Positions 12,801 through 27,450 of a stretch of DNA of 64,000 bases are shown here, one piece after another. The notes beneath the pieces were generated by a model that ran no database searches, was not told the origin of the DNA, and saw only the letters and a list, made by a program, of their open reading frames with translations. Source of the DNA: Balanoglossus misakiensis (lineage: Eukaryota > Animalia > Hemichordata); NCBI GenBank assembly GCA_040954595.2, contig CM082589.2, positions 1,094,009-1,158,008 on the forward strand. The letters are read 5' to 3'. Position 1 is the first letter of the stretch. Every line of letters begins with the position of its first letter. The position numbers and the translations under genes are program-made.

Positions 12801-15800
12801 TTTTTGAAAAAACCATGGGTTATAGCTCAGGAAAATGGTGAAAAATCGACGATTTTTCGACTTTGCGAATTTTCGAAATTTGGTCATTTTTGGAAAAAAC
12901 CATGGGTTATAGCTCAGGAAAATGGTGAAAAATCGACGATTTTTCGACTTTGCGAATTTTCGAAATTTGGTCATTTTTGGAAAAAACCATGGGTTATAGC
13001 TCAGGAAAATGTTGAAAAATCGACGATTTTTCGACTTTGCGAATTTTCGAAATTTGGTCATTTTTGGAAAAAACCATGGGTTATAGCTCAGGAAAATGTT
13101 GAAAAATCGACGATTTTTCGACTTTGCGAATTTTCGAAATTTGGTCATTTTTTGAAAAACCATGGGTTATAGCTCAGGAAAATGGTGAAAAATCGACGAT
13201 TTTTCGACTTTGCGAATTTTCGAAATTTGGTCATTTTTTGAAAAAACCATGGGTTATAGCTCAGGAAAATGGTGAAAAATCGACGATTTTTCGACTTTGC
13301 GAATTTTCGAAATTTGGTCATTTTTTGAAAAAACCATGGGTTATAGCTCAGGAAAATGGTGAAAAATCGACGATTTTTCGACTTTGCGAATTTTCGAAAT
13401 TTGGTCATTTTTTGAAAAAAACATGGGTTATAGCTCAGGAAAATGGTGAAAAATCGACGATTTTTCGACTTTGCGAATTTTCGAAATTTGGTCATTTTTG
13501 AAAAAACCATGGGTTATAGCTCAGGAAAATGGTGAAAAATCGACGATTTTTCGACTTTGCGAATTTTCGAAATTTGGTCATTTTTTGAAAAAAACCATGG
13601 GTTATAGCTCAGGAAAATGGTGAAAAATCGACGATTTTTCGACTTTGCGAATTTTCGAAATTTGGTCATTTTTTGAAAAAACCATGGGTTATAGCTCAGG
13701 AAAATGGTGAAAATCGACGATTTTTCGACTTTGCGAATTTTCGAAATTTGGTCATTTTTGGAAAAAACCATGGGTTATAGCTCAGGAAAATGTTGAAAAA
13801 TCGACGATTTTTCGACTTTGCGAATTTTCGAAATTTGGTCATTTTTTGAAAAAACCATGGGTTATAGCTCAGGAAAATGGTGAAAAATCGACGATTTTTC
13901 GACTTTGCGAATTTTCGAAATTTGGTCATTTTTTGAAAAAACCATGGGTTATAGCTCAGGAAAATGGTGAAAAATCGACGATTTTTCGACTTTGCGAATT
14001 TTCGAAATTTGGTCATTTTTTGAAAAAACCATGGGTTATAGCTCAGGAAAATGGTGAAAAATCGACGATTTTTCGACTTTGCGAATTTTCGAAATTTGGT
14101 CATTTTTTGAAAAAACCATGGGTTATAGCTCAGGAAAATGGTGAAAAATCGACGATTTTTCGACTTTGCGAATTTTCGAAATTTGGTCATTTTTTGAAAA
14201 AACCATGGGTTATAGCTCAGGAAAATGGTGAAAAATCGACGATTTTTCGACTTTGCGAATTTTCGAAATTTGGTCATTTTTTGAAAAAACCATGGGTTAT
14301 AGCTCAGGAAAATGGTGAAAAATCGACGATTTTTCGACTTTGCGAATTTTCGAAATTTGGTCATTTTTTGAAAAAAACATGGGTTATAGCTCAGGAAAAT
14401 GGTGAAAAATCGACGATTTTTCGACTTTGCGAATTTTCGAAATTTGGTCATTTTTTGAAAAACCATGGGTTATAGCTCAGGAAAAAGGTGAAAAATCGAC
14501 GATTTTTCGACTTTGCGAATTTTCGAAATTTGGTCATTTTTTGAAAAAACCATGGGTTATAGCTCAGGAAAAAGGTGAAAAATCGACGATTTATCGACTT
14601 TGCGAATTTTCGAAATTTGGTCATTTTTTGAAAAAACCATGGGTTATAGCTCAGGAAAATGGTGAAAAATCGACGATTTTTCGACTTTGCGAATTTTCGA
14701 AATTTGGTCATTTTTTGAAAAAAACCATGGGTTATAGCTCAGGAAAATGGTGAAAAATCGACGATTTTTCGACTTTGCGAATTTTCGAAATTTGGTCATT
14801 TTTTGAAAAAACCATGGGTTATAGCTCAGGAAAATGGTGAAAAATCGACGATTTTTCGACTTTGCGAATTTTCGAAATTTGGTCATTTTTTGAAAAAACC
14901 ATGGGTTATAGCTCAGGAAAATGGTGAAAAATCGACGATTTTTCGACTTTGCGAATTTTCGAAATTTGGTCATTTTTTGAAAAAACCATGGGTTATAGCT
15001 CAGGAAAATGGTGAAAAATCGACGATTTTTCGACTTTGCGAATTTTCGAAATTTGGTCATTTTTTGAAAAAACCATGGGTTATAGCTCAGGAAAATGGTG
15101 AAAAATCGACGATTTTTCGACTTTGCGAATTTTCGAAATTTGGTCATTTTTTGAAAAAACCATGGGTTATAGCTCAGGAAAATGGTGAAAAATCGACGAT
15201 TTTTCGACTTTGCGAATTTTCGAAATTTGGTCATTTTTTGAAAAAACCATGGGTTATAGCTCAGGAAAATGGTGAAAATCGACGATTTTCGACTTTGCGA
15301 ATTTTCGAAATTTGGTCATTTTTTGAAAAAACCATGGGTTATAGCTCAGGAAAATGGTGAAAAATCGACGATTTTTCGACTTTGCGAATTTTCGAAATTT
15401 GGTCATTTTTTGAAAAAACCATGGGTTATAGCTCAGGAAAATGGTGAAAAATCGACGATTTTTCGACTTTGCGAATTTTCGAAATTTGGTCATTTTTTGA
15501 AAAAACCATGGGTTATAGCTCAGGAAAATGGTGAAAAATCGACGATTTTTCGACTTTGCGAATTTTCGAAAATTTGGTCATTTTTTGAAAAAACCATGGG
15601 TTATAGCTCAGGAAAATGGTGAAAAATCGACGATTTTTCGACTTTGCGAATTTTCGAAATTTGGTCATTTTTTGAAAAAACCATGGGTTATAGCTCAGGA
15701 AAAAGGTGAAAAATCGACGATTTATCGACTTTGCGAATTTTCGAAATTTGGTCATTTTTTGAAAAAACCATGGGTTATAGCTCAGGAAAATGGTGAAAAA

Positions 15801-18800
15801 TCGACGATTTTTCGACTTTGCGAATTTTCGAAATTTGGTCATTTTTGAAAAAACCATGGGTTATAGCTCAGGAAAATGTTGAAAAATCGACGATTTTTCG
15901 ACTTTGCGAATTTTCGAAATTTGGTCATTTTTTGAAAAAACCATGGGTTATAGCTCAGGAAAATGTTGAAAAATCGACGATTTTTCGACTTTGCGAATTT
16001 TCGAAATTTGGCCATTTTTTGAAAAAACCATGGGTTATAGCTCAGGAAAATGGTGAAAAATCGACGATTTTTCGACTTTGCGAATTTTCGAAATTTGGTC
16101 ATTTTTTTGAAAAAACCATGGGTTATAGCTCAGGAAAATGGTGAAAAATCGACGATTTTTCGACTTTGCGAATTTTCGAAATTTGGTCATTTTTTTGAAA
16201 AAACCATGGGTTATAGCTCAGGAAAATGGTGAAAAATCGACGATTTTTCGACTTTGCGAATTTTCGAAATTTGGTCATTTTTTGAAAAAACCATGGGTTA
16301 TAGCTCAGGAAAATGGTGAAAAATCGACGATTTTTCGACTTTGCGAATTTTCGAAATTTGGTCATTTTTGAAAAAACCATGGGTTATAGCTCAGGAAAAT
16401 GGTGAAAAATCGACGATTTTTCGACTTTGCGAATTTTCGAAATTTGGTCATTTTTTGAAAAAACCATGGTTATAGCTCAGGAAAATGGTGAAAAATCGAC
16501 GATTTTTCGACTTTGCGAATTTTCGAAATTTGGTCATTTTTTGAAAAAACCATGGGTTATAGCTCAGGAAAATGGTGAAAATCGACGATTTTTCGACTTT
16601 GCGAATTTTCGAAATTTGGTCATTTTTTGAAAAACCATGGGTTATAGCTCAGGAAAATGGTGAAAAATCGACGATTTTTCGACTTTGCGAATTTTCGAAA
16701 TTTGGTCATTTTTTGAAAAAACCATGGGTTATAGCTCAGGAAAATGGTGAAAAATCGACGATTTTTCGACTTTGCGAATTTTCGAAATTTGGTCATTTTT
16801 TGAAAAAACCATGGGTTATAGCTCCAGGAAAATGGTGAAAAATCGACGATTTTTCGACTTTGCGAATTTTCGAAATTTGGTCATTTTTTGAAAAAACCAT
16901 GGGTTATAGCTCAGGAAAATGGTGAAAAATCGACGATTTTTCGACTTTGCGAATTTTCGAAATTTGGTCATTTTTTGAAAAAACCATGGGTTATAGCTCA
17001 GAAAAAGGTGAAAAATCGACGATTTATCGACTTTGCGAATTTTCGAAATTTGGTCATTTTTTGAAAAAACCATGGGTTATAGCTCAGGAAAATGGTGAAA
17101 AATCGACGATTTTTCGACTTTGCGAATTTTCGAAATTTGGTCATTTTTTGAAAAAACCATGGGTTATAGCTCAGGAAAATGTTGAAAAATCGACGATTTT
17201 TCGACTTTGCGAATTTTCGAAATTTGGTCATTTTTTGAAAAACCATGGGTTATAGCTCAGGAAAATGTTGAAAAATCGACGATTTTTCGACTTTGCGAAT
17301 TTTCGAAATTTGGCCATTTTTTGAAAAAACCATGGGTTATAGCTCAGGAAAATGGTGAAAAATCGACGATTTTTCGACTTTGCGAATTTTCGAAATTTGG
17401 TCATTTTTTGAAAAAACCATGGGTTATAGCTCAGGAAAATGGTGAAAAATCGACGATTTTTCGACTTTGCGAATTTTCGAAATTTGGTCATTTTTTTGAA
17501 AAAACCATGGGTTATAGCTCAGGAAAATGGTGAAAAATCGACGATTTTTCGACTTTGCGAATTTTCGAAATTTGGTCATTTTTTTGAAAAAACCATGGGT
17601 TATAGCTCAGGAAAATGGTGAAAAATCGACGATTTTTCGACTTTGCGAATTTTCGAAATTTGGTCATTTTTTGAAAAAACCATGGGTTATAGCTCAGGAA
17701 AATGGTGAAAAATCGACGATTTTTCGACTTTGCGAATTTTCGAAATTTGGTCATTTTTTGAAAAAACCATGGGTTATAGCTCAGGAAAATGGTGAAAAAT
17801 CGACGATTTTTCGACTTTGCGAATTTTCGAAATTTGGTCATTTTTTGAAAAAACCATGGGTTATAGCTCAGGAAAATGGTGAAAAATCGACGATTTTTCG
17901 ACTTTGCGAATTTTCGAAATTTGGTCATTTTTTGAAAAAAACATGGGTTATAGCTCAGGAAAATGGTGAAAAATCGACGATTTTTCGACTTTGCGAATTT
18001 TCGAAATTTGGTCATTTTTTTGAAAAAACCATGGGTTATAGCTCAGGAAAATGGTGAAAATCGACGATTTTTCGACTTTGCGAATTTTCGAAATTTGGTC
18101 ATTTTTTGAAAAAACCATGGGTTATAGCTCAGGAAAATGGTGAAAAATCGACGATTTTTCGACTTTGCGAATTTTCGAAATTTGGTCATTTTTTTGAAAA
18201 AACCATGGGTTATAGCTCAGGAAAATGTTGAAAAATCGACGATTTTTCGACTTTGCGAATTTTCGAAATTTGGTCATTTTTTGAAAAAACCATGGGTTAT
18301 AGCTCAGGAAAATGTTGAAAAATCGACGATTTTTCGACTTTGCGAATTTTCGAAATTTGGTCATTTTTTGAAAAAACCATGGGTTATAGCTCAGGAAAAT
18401 GTTGAAAAATCGACGATTTTTCGACTTTGCGAATTTTCGAAATTTGGTCATTTTTTGAAAAAACCATGGGTTATAGCTCAGGAAAATGGTGAAAAATCGA
18501 CGATTTTTCGACTTTGCGAATTTTCGAAATTTGGTCATTTTTTGAAAAAACCATGGGTTATAGCTCAGGAAAATGGTGAAAAATCGACGATTTTTCGACT
18601 TTGCGAATTTCCGAAATTTGGTCATTTTTTGAAAAAACCATGGGTTATAGCTCAGGAAAATGTTGAAAAATCGACGATTTTTCGACTTTGCGAATTTTCG
18701 AAATTTGGTCATTTTTTGAAAAAACCCATGGGTTATAGCTCAGGAAAATGTTAAAAATCGACGATTTTTCGACTTTGCGAATTTTCGAAATTTGGTCATT

Positions 18801-21800
18801 TTTTGAAAAAACCATGGGTTATAGCTCAGGAAAATGTTGAAAAATCGACGATTTTTCGACTTTGCGAATTTTCGAAATTTGGTCATTTTTTGAAAAAACC
18901 ATGGTTATAGCTCAGGAAAATGTTGAAAAATCGACGACTTTTCGACTTTGCGAATTTTCGAAATTTGGTCATATTTTGAAAAAACCATGGGTTATAGCTC
19001 AGGAAAATGGTGAAAATCGACGATTTTTCGACTTTGCGAATTTTCGAAATTTGGTCATTTTTTGAAAAAACCATGGGTTATAGCTCAGGAAAATGGTGAA
19101 AAATCGACGATTTTTCGACTTTGCGAATTTTCGAAATTTGGTCATTTTTTGAAAAAACCATGGGTTATAGCTCAGGAAAATGGTGAAAAATCGACGATTT
19201 TTCGACTTTGCGAATTTTCGAAATTTGGTCATTTTTTGAAAAAACCATGGGTTATAGCTCAGGAAAATGGTGAAAAATCGACGATTTTTCGACTTTGCGA
19301 ATTTTCGAAATTTGGTCATTTTTTGAAAAAACCATGGGGTTATAGCTCAGGAAAATGGTGAAAAATCGACGATTTTTCGACTTTGCGAATTTTCGAAATT
19401 TGGTCATTTTTTGAAAAAAACATGGGTTATAGCTCAGGAAAATGGTGAAAAATCGACGATTTTTCGACTTTGCGAATTTTCGAAATTTGGTCATTTTTTT
19501 GAAAAAACCATGGGTTATAGCTCAGGAAAATGGTGAAAAATCGACGATTTTTCGACTTTGCGAATTTTCGAAATTTGGTCATTTTTTGAAAAAACCATGG
19601 GTTATAGCTCAGGAAAATGGTGAAAAATCGACGATTTTTCGACTTTGCGAATTTTCGAAATTTGGTCATTTTTTTGAAAAAACCATGGGTTATAGCTCAG
19701 GAAAATGTTGAAAAATCGACGATTTTTCGACTTTGCGAATTTTCGAAATTTGGTCATTTTTTGAAAAAACCATGGGTTATAGCTCAGGAAAATGTTGAAA
19801 AATCGACGATTTTTCGACTTTGCGAATTTTCGAAATTTGGTCATTTTTTGAAAAAACCATGGGTTATAGCTCAGGAAAATGTTGAAAAATCGACGATTTT
19901 TCGACTTTGCGAATTTTCGAAATTTGGTCATTTTTTGAAAAAACCATGGGTTATAGCTCAGGAAAATGTTGAAAAATCGACGATTTTTCGACTTTGCGAA
20001 TTTTCGAAATTTGGTCATTTTTTGAAAAAACCATGGGTTATAGCTCAGGAAAATGGTGAAAAATCGACGATTTTTCGACTTTGCGAATTTTCGAAATTTG
20101 GTCATTTTTTGAAAAAACCATGGGTTATAGCTCAGGAAAATGGTGAAAAATCGACGATTTTTCGACTTTGCGAATTTTCGAAATTTGGTCATTTTTTGAA
20201 AAAAACCATGGGTTATAGCTCAGGAAAATGTTGAAAAATCGACGATTTTTCGACTTTGCGAATTTTCGAAATTTGGTCATTTTTTGAAAAAACCATGGGT
20301 TATAGCTCAGGAAAATGTTGAAAAATCGACGAGTTTTCGACTTTGCGAATTTTCGAAATTTGGTCATTTTTGAAAAAACCATGGGTTATAGCTCAGGAAA
20401 ATGTTGAAAAATCGACGACTTTTCGACTTTGCGAATTTTCGAAATTTGGTCATTTTTTTGAAAAAACCATGGGTTATAGCTCAGGAAAATGTTGAAAAAT
20501 CGACGACTTTTCGACTTTGCGAATTTTCGAAATTTGGTCATTTTTTGAAAAAACCATGGGTTATAGCTCAGGAAAATGGTGAAAAATCGACGACTTTTCG
20601 ACTTTGCGAATTTTCGAAATTTGGTCATTTTTGAAAAAACCATGGGTTATAGCTCAGGAAAATGGTGAAAAATCGACGATTTTTCGACTTTGCGAATTTT
20701 CGAAATTTGGTCATTTTTTGAAAAAATCCATGGGTTATAGCTCAGGAAAATGGTGAAAAATCGACGATTTTTCGACTTTGCGAATTTTCGAAATTTGGTC
20801 ATTTTTTGAAAAAACCATGGGTTATAGCTCAGGAAAATGGTGAAAAATCGACGATTTTTCGACTTTGCGAATTTTCGAAATTTGGTCATTTTTTGAAAAA
20901 ACCATGGGTTATAGCTCAGGAAAATGGTGAAAAATCGACGATTTTTCGACTTTGCGAATTTTCGAAATTTGGTCATTTTTTGAAAAAACCATGGGTTATA
21001 GCTCAGGAAAATGGTGAAAAATCGACGATTTTTCGACTTTGCGAATTTTCGAAATTTGGTCATTTTTTGAAAAAACCATGGGTTATAGCTCAGGAAAATG
21101 GTGAAAAATCGACGATTTTTCGACTTTGCGAATTTTCGAAATTTGGTCATTTTTTGAAAAAACCATGGGTTATAGCTCAGGAAAATGGTGAAAAATCGAC
21201 GATTTTTCGACTTTGCGAATTTTCGAAATTTGGTCATTTTTTGAAAAAACCATGGGTTATAGCTCAGGAAAATGGTGAAAAATCGACGATTTTTCGACTT
21301 TGCGAATTTTCGAAATTTGGTCATTTTTTGAAAAAACCATGGGTTATAGCTCAGGAAAATGGTGAAAAATCGACGATTTTTCGACTTTGCGAATTTTCGA
21401 AATTTGGTCATTTTTTGAAAAAACCATGGGTTATAGCTCAGGAAAATGGTGAAAAATCGACGATTTTTCGACTTTGCGAATTTTCGAAATTTGGTCATTT
21501 TTTGAAAAAACCATGGGTTATAGCTCAGGAAAATGGTGAAAAATCGACGATTTTTCGACTTTGCGAATTTTCGAAATTTGGCCATTTTTTGAAAAAACCA
21601 TGGGTTATAGCTCAGGAAAATGGTGAAAAATCGACGATTTTTCGACTTTGCGAATTTTCGAAATTTGGTCATTTTTTTGAAAAAACCATGGGTTATGCTC
21701 AGGAAAATGGTGAAAAATCGACGATTTTTCGACTTTGCGAATTTTCGAAATTTGGTCATTTTTTTGAAAAAACCATGGGTTATAGCTCAGGAAAATGGTG

Positions 21801-24800
21801 AAAAATCGACGATTTTTCGACTTTGCGAATTTTCGAAATTTGGTCATTTTTTGAAAAAACCATGGGTTATAGCTCAGGAAAATGGTGAAAAATCGACGAT
21901 TTTTCGACTTTGCGAATTTTCGAAATTTGGTCATTTTTTTGAAAAAACCATGGGTTATAGCTCAGGAAAATGGTGAAAAATCGACGATTTTTCGACTTTG
22001 CGAATTTTCGAAATTTGGTCATTTTTGGAAAAAACCATGGGTTATAGCTCAGGAAAATGGTGAAAAATCGACGATTTTTCGACTTTGCGAATTTTCGAAA
22101 TTTGGTCATTTTTTGAAAAAACCATGGGTTATAGCTCAGGAAAATGTTGAAAAATCGACGATTTTTCGACTTTGCGAATTTTCGAAATTTGGTCATTTTT
22201 TGAAAAAACCATGGGTTATAGCTCAGGAAAATGTTGAAAAATCGACGATTTTTCGACTTTGCGAATTTTCGAAATTTGGTCATTTTTTGAAAAAACCATG
22301 GGTTATAGCTCAGGAAAATGGTGAAAAATCGACGATTTTTCGACTTTGCGAATTTTCGAAATTTGGTCATTTTTTGAAAAAACCATGGGTTATAGCTCAG
22401 GAAAATGGTGAAAAATCGACGATTTTTCGACTTTGCGAATTTTCGAAATTTGGTCATTTTTTGAAAAAACCATGGGTTATAGCTCAGGAAAATGGTGAAA
22501 AATCGACGATTTTTCGACTTTGCGAATTTTCGAAATTTGGTCATTTTTTGAAAAAACCATGGGTTATAGCTCAGGAAAATGGTGAAATCGACGATTTTTC
22601 GACTTTGCGAATTTTCGAAATTTGGTCATTTTTTGAAAAAACCATGGGTTATAGCTCAGGAAAATGGTGAAAAATCGACGATTTTTCGACTTTGCGAATT
22701 TTCGAAATTTGGTCATTTTTTGAAAAAACCATGGGTTATAGCTCAGGAAAATGGTGAAAAATCGACGATTTTTCGACTTTGCGAATTTTCGAAATTTGGT
22801 CATTTTTTTTGAAAAAAACCATGGGTTATAGCTCAGGAAAATGGTGAAAAATCGACGATTTTTCGACTTTGCGAATTTTCGAAATTTGGTCATTTTTTTG
22901 AAAAAACCATGGGTTATAGCTCAGGAAAATGGTGAAAAATCGACGATTTTTCGACTTTGCGAATTTTCGAAATTTGGTCATTTTTTGAAAAAACCATGGG
23001 TTATAGCTCAGGAAAATGGTGAAAAATCGACGATTTTTCGACTTTGCGAATTTTCGAAATTTGGTCATTTTTGAAAAAACCATGGGTTATAGCTCAGGAA
23101 AAATGGTGAAAAATCGACGATTTTTCGACTTTGCGAATTTTCGAAATTTGGTCATTTTTTGAAAAAAACATGGGTTATAGCTCAGGAAAATGTTGAAAAA
23201 TCGACGATTTTTCGACTTTGCGAATTTTCGAAATTTGGTCATTTTTTGAAAAACCATGGGTTATAGCTCAGGAAAATGGTGAAAAATCGACGATTTTTCG
23301 ACTTTGCGAATTTCGAAATTTGGTCATTTTTTGAAAAAACCATGGGTTATAGCTCAGGAAAATGGTGAAAAATCGACGATTTTTCGACTTTGCGAATTTT
23401 CGAAATTTGGTCATTTTTTGAAAAAACCATGGGTTATAGCTCAGGAAAATGGTGAAAAATCGACGATTTTTCGACTTTGCGAATTTTCGAAATTTGGTCA
23501 TTTTTTGAAAAAACCATGGGTTATAGCTCAGGAAAATGGTGAAAAATCGACGATTTTTCGACTTTGCGAATTTTCGAAATTTGGTCATTTTTTTGAAAAA
23601 ACCATGGGTTATAGCTCAGGAAAATGGTGAAAAATCGACGATTTTTCGACTTTGCGAATTTTCGAAATTTGGTCATTTTTTTGAAAAAACCATGGGTTAT
23701 AGCTCAGGAAAATGGTGAAAAATCGACGATTTTTCGACTTTGCGAATTTTCGAAATTTGGTCATTTTTTTGAAAAAAACCATGGGTTATAGCTCAGGAAA
23801 ATGGTGAAAAATCGACGATTTTTCGACTTTGCGAATTTTCGAAATTTGGTCATTTTTTTGAAAAAACCATGGGTTATAGCTCAGGAAAATGTTGAAAAAT
23901 CGACGATTTTTCGACTTTTGCGAATTTTCGAAATTTGGTCATTTTTTGAAAAAACCATGGGTTATAGCTCAGGAAAATGTTGAAAAATCGACGATTTTTC
24001 GACTTTGCGAATTTTCGAAATTTGGTCATTTTTTGAAAAACCATGGGTTATAGCTCAGGAAAATGGTGAAAAATCGACGATTTTTCGACTTTGCGAATTT
24101 TCGAAATTTGGTCATTTTTTGAAAAAACCATGGGTTATAGCTCAGGAAAATGGTGAAAAATCGACGATTTTTCGACTTTGCGAATTTTCGAAATTTGGTC
24201 ATTTTTTGAAAAAACCATGGGTTATAGCTCAGGAAAATGGTGAAAAATCGACGATTTTTCGACTTTGCGAATTTTCGAAATTTGGTCATTTTTTGAAAAA
24301 ACCATGGGTTATAGCTCAGGAAAATGGTGAAAAATCGACGATTTTTCGACTTTGCGAATTTTCGAAATTTGGTCATTTTTTGAAAAAACCATGGGTTATA
24401 GCTCAGGAAAATGGTGAAAAATCGACGATTTTTCGACTTTGCGAATTTTCGAAATTTGGTCATTTTTTGAAAAAACCATGGGTTATAGCTCAGGAAAATG
24501 TTGAAAAATCGACGATTTTTCGACTTTGCGAATTTTCGAAATTTGGTCATTTTTTGAAAAAACCATGGGTTATAGCTCAGGAAAATGTTGAAAAATCGAC
24601 GATTTTTCGACTTTGCGAATTTTCGAAATTTGGTCATTTTTTGAAAAAACCATGGGTTATAGCTCAGGAAAATGTTGAAAAATCGACGATTTTTCGACTT
24701 TGCGAATTTTCGAAATTTGGTCATTTTTTGAAAAAACCATGGGTTATAGCTCAGGAAAATGGTGAAAAATCGACGATTTTTCGACTTTGCGAATTTTCGA

Positions 24801-26790
24801 AATTTGGTCATTTTTGGAAAAAAACCATGGGTTATAGCTCAGGAAAATGGTGAAAAATCGACGATTTTTCGACTTTGCGAATTTTCGAAATTTGGTCATT
24901 TTTGGAAAAAACCATGGGTTATAGCTCAGGAAAATGGTGAAAAATCGACGATTTTTCGACTTTGCGAATTTTCGAAATTTGGTCATTTTTGGAAAAAACC
25001 ATGGGTTATAGCTCAGGAAAATGGTGAAAAATCGACGATTTTTCGACTTTGCGAATTTTCGAAATTTGGTCATTTTTGGAAAAAACCATGGGTTATAGCT
25101 CAGGAAAATGGTGAAAAATCGACGATTTTTCGACTTTGCGAATTTTCGAAATTTGGTCATTTTTTTGAAAAAACCATGGGTTATAGCTCAGGAAAATGGT
25201 GAAAAATCGACGATTTTTCGACTTTGCGAATTTTCGAAATTTGGTCATTTTTTTGAAAAAACCATGGGTTATAGCTCAGGAAAATGGTGAAAAATCGACG
25301 ATTTTTCGACTTTGCGAATTTTCGAAATTTGGTCATTTTTTGAAAAAACCATGGGTTATAGCTCAGGAAAATGGTGAAAAATCGACGATTTTTCGACTTT
25401 GCGAATTTTCGAAATTTGGTCATTTTTTGAAAAAAACATGGGTTACTCAGGAAAATGGTGAAAAATCGACGATTTTTCGACTTTGCGAATTTTCGAAATT
25501 TGGTCATTTTTTGAAAAAACCATGGGTTATAGCTCAGGAAAATGGTGAAAAATCGACGATTTTTCGACTTTGCGAATTTTCGAAATTTGGTCATTTTTTG
25601 AAAAAACCATGGGTTATAGCTCAGGAAAATGGTGAAAAATCGACGATTTTTCGACTTTGCGAATTTTCGAAATTTGGTCATTTTTTGAAAAAACCATGGG
25701 TTATAGCTCAGGAAAATGTTGAAAAATCGACGATTTTTCGACTTTGCGAATTTTCGAAATTTGGTCATTTTTTGAAAAAACCATGGGTTATAGCTCAGGA
25801 AAATGTTGAAAAATCGACGATTTTTCGACTTTGCGAATTTTCGAAATTTGTTCATTTTTTGAAAAAAACATGGGTTATAGCTCAGGAAAATGTTGAAAAA
25901 TCGACGATTTTTCGACTTTGCGAATTTTCGAAATTTGGTCACTTTTTGAAAAAACCATGGGTTATAGCTCAGGAAAATGTTGAAAAATAGACGATTTTTC
26001 GACTTTGCGAATTTTCGAAATTTGGTCATTTTTTGAAAAAACCATGGGTTATAGCTCAGGAAAATGTTGAAAAATCGCCGATTTTTCGACTTTGCGAATT
26101 TTCGAAATTTGGTCATTTTTTGAAAAAAACCATGGGTTATAGCTCAGGAAAATGTTGAAAAATCGACGATTTTTCGACTTTGCGAAATTTCGAAATTTGG
26201 TCATTTTTTGAAAAAACCATGGGTTATAGCTCAGGAAAATGTTGAAAAATCGACGATTTTTCGACTTTGCGAAATTTCGAAATTTGATCATTTTTTGAAA
26301 AAACCATGGGTTATAGCACAGGAAAATTTTGAAAAATCGACGATTTTTCGACTTTACGAATTTTCGAAATTTGGTCATTTTTTGAAAAAACCATGGGTTA
26401 TAGCTCAGGAAAATGTTGAAAAATCGACGATTTTTCGACTTTGCGAATTTTCGAAATTTGGTCATTTTTTGAAAAAACCATGGGTTATAGCTCAGAAAAA
26501 TGTTGAAAAATCGACGATTTTTCGACTTTGTGAATTTTAGAAATTTGGTCATTTTTTGAAAAAAAATCATGGGTTGTAGCTCATGAAAACTATCAAAAAT
26601 CGACGATTTCTCGACTTTGCGAATTTTCAAAATTTCTTCATTGTTTGAAAAAAAATCATGGGTTGTAGCTCATGAAAACTATCAAAAATGGTCATATTTC
26701 CGACTTTCAGAACTTTCGTGATTTCGTCAATTTCGGACTTTTTCACGGGTTGTAGCTATTGAAAACTGTCAAAAAGGGTCATATTTCCGA
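9891..26790 (-). repeat. Same 87-bp satellite in inverted orientation, right arm (~194 monomers), degenerate over the last ~3 monomers
   Basis: The reverse complement of the left-arm monomer starts at TTTTCGACTTTGCG (9891). Substitutions rise from ~25,850 and similarity is lost near 26,790. Confidence 0.99.
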
Positions 26791-27450
26791 TATACACACT
26801 CAAAAAATGACAAATTCTTGACTATGTGAATTTTACTTATTTTTTATTTTAATGTTATACACTTGCAATATAACTCATACACACTCCAAAAATTTAAAAA
26901 ATGAGTTTGTGAATTTTGGCATTTATACTAGTATATCATATACATGGATTCTAACACATACACGCTACGCCTGCGTTGTTTGACTCTTTGAGGCGAAGGT
27001 TGATATTGTGATACCTGTTGAATTATGGGTACTTCAGAAACCCATCGGAGCGAGTCAAGACAGACGTGTCGTTTGGAGGTTGGATCGTCGGCTCTTCAAC
27101 AACAATGTGTCATTTCTTGTGTTGTGGCACACCAGCTTGAATTACATACTGGAATGAAAATGTGGTTGCGCAAATTTTAGATGGGAGTTTCCAGACTGTG
27201 ACATGCAATGACCAAGCAGTCCGATGTTCTCTGCACACGCGTGCGTCGGAACCCCCCCCCCCCGGGTCCTTGAATAAACCTGTAAAATAACATTCAATGG
27301 ACACTAACAATAAATTCACGAAATCTCTATTGTTATCACTCTACGTTTTAGCATCAACTTAGGTAGTCCCACACTCTCTATATAATCGTCGTCCATGTTG
27401 TAACTTTCACTTACCGCTTGGTCCCAAACTCCACTCATCACTACTGCACC

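Noticed and set aside
1-26500. Single-base length variants in A/T runs as real monomer subtypes
   Set aside because: These are typical long-read homopolymer errors, so I relied mainly on substitutions for the higher-order repeat calls.
177-26630. Dozens of long ORFs on both strands encoding 29-aa repeats (MTKFRKFAKSKNRRFF... / KKPWVIAQENGEKST...)
   Set aside because: The monomer is 87 bp (3 x 29) and happens to lack stops in one frame per strand. Frames are broken at random by homopolymer indels, and there is no synonymous-site pattern or recognisable domain.
1-26790. CRISPR array
   Set aside because: The repeats are contiguous with no unique spacers, there are no cas genes, and the context is an intron-containing animal genome.
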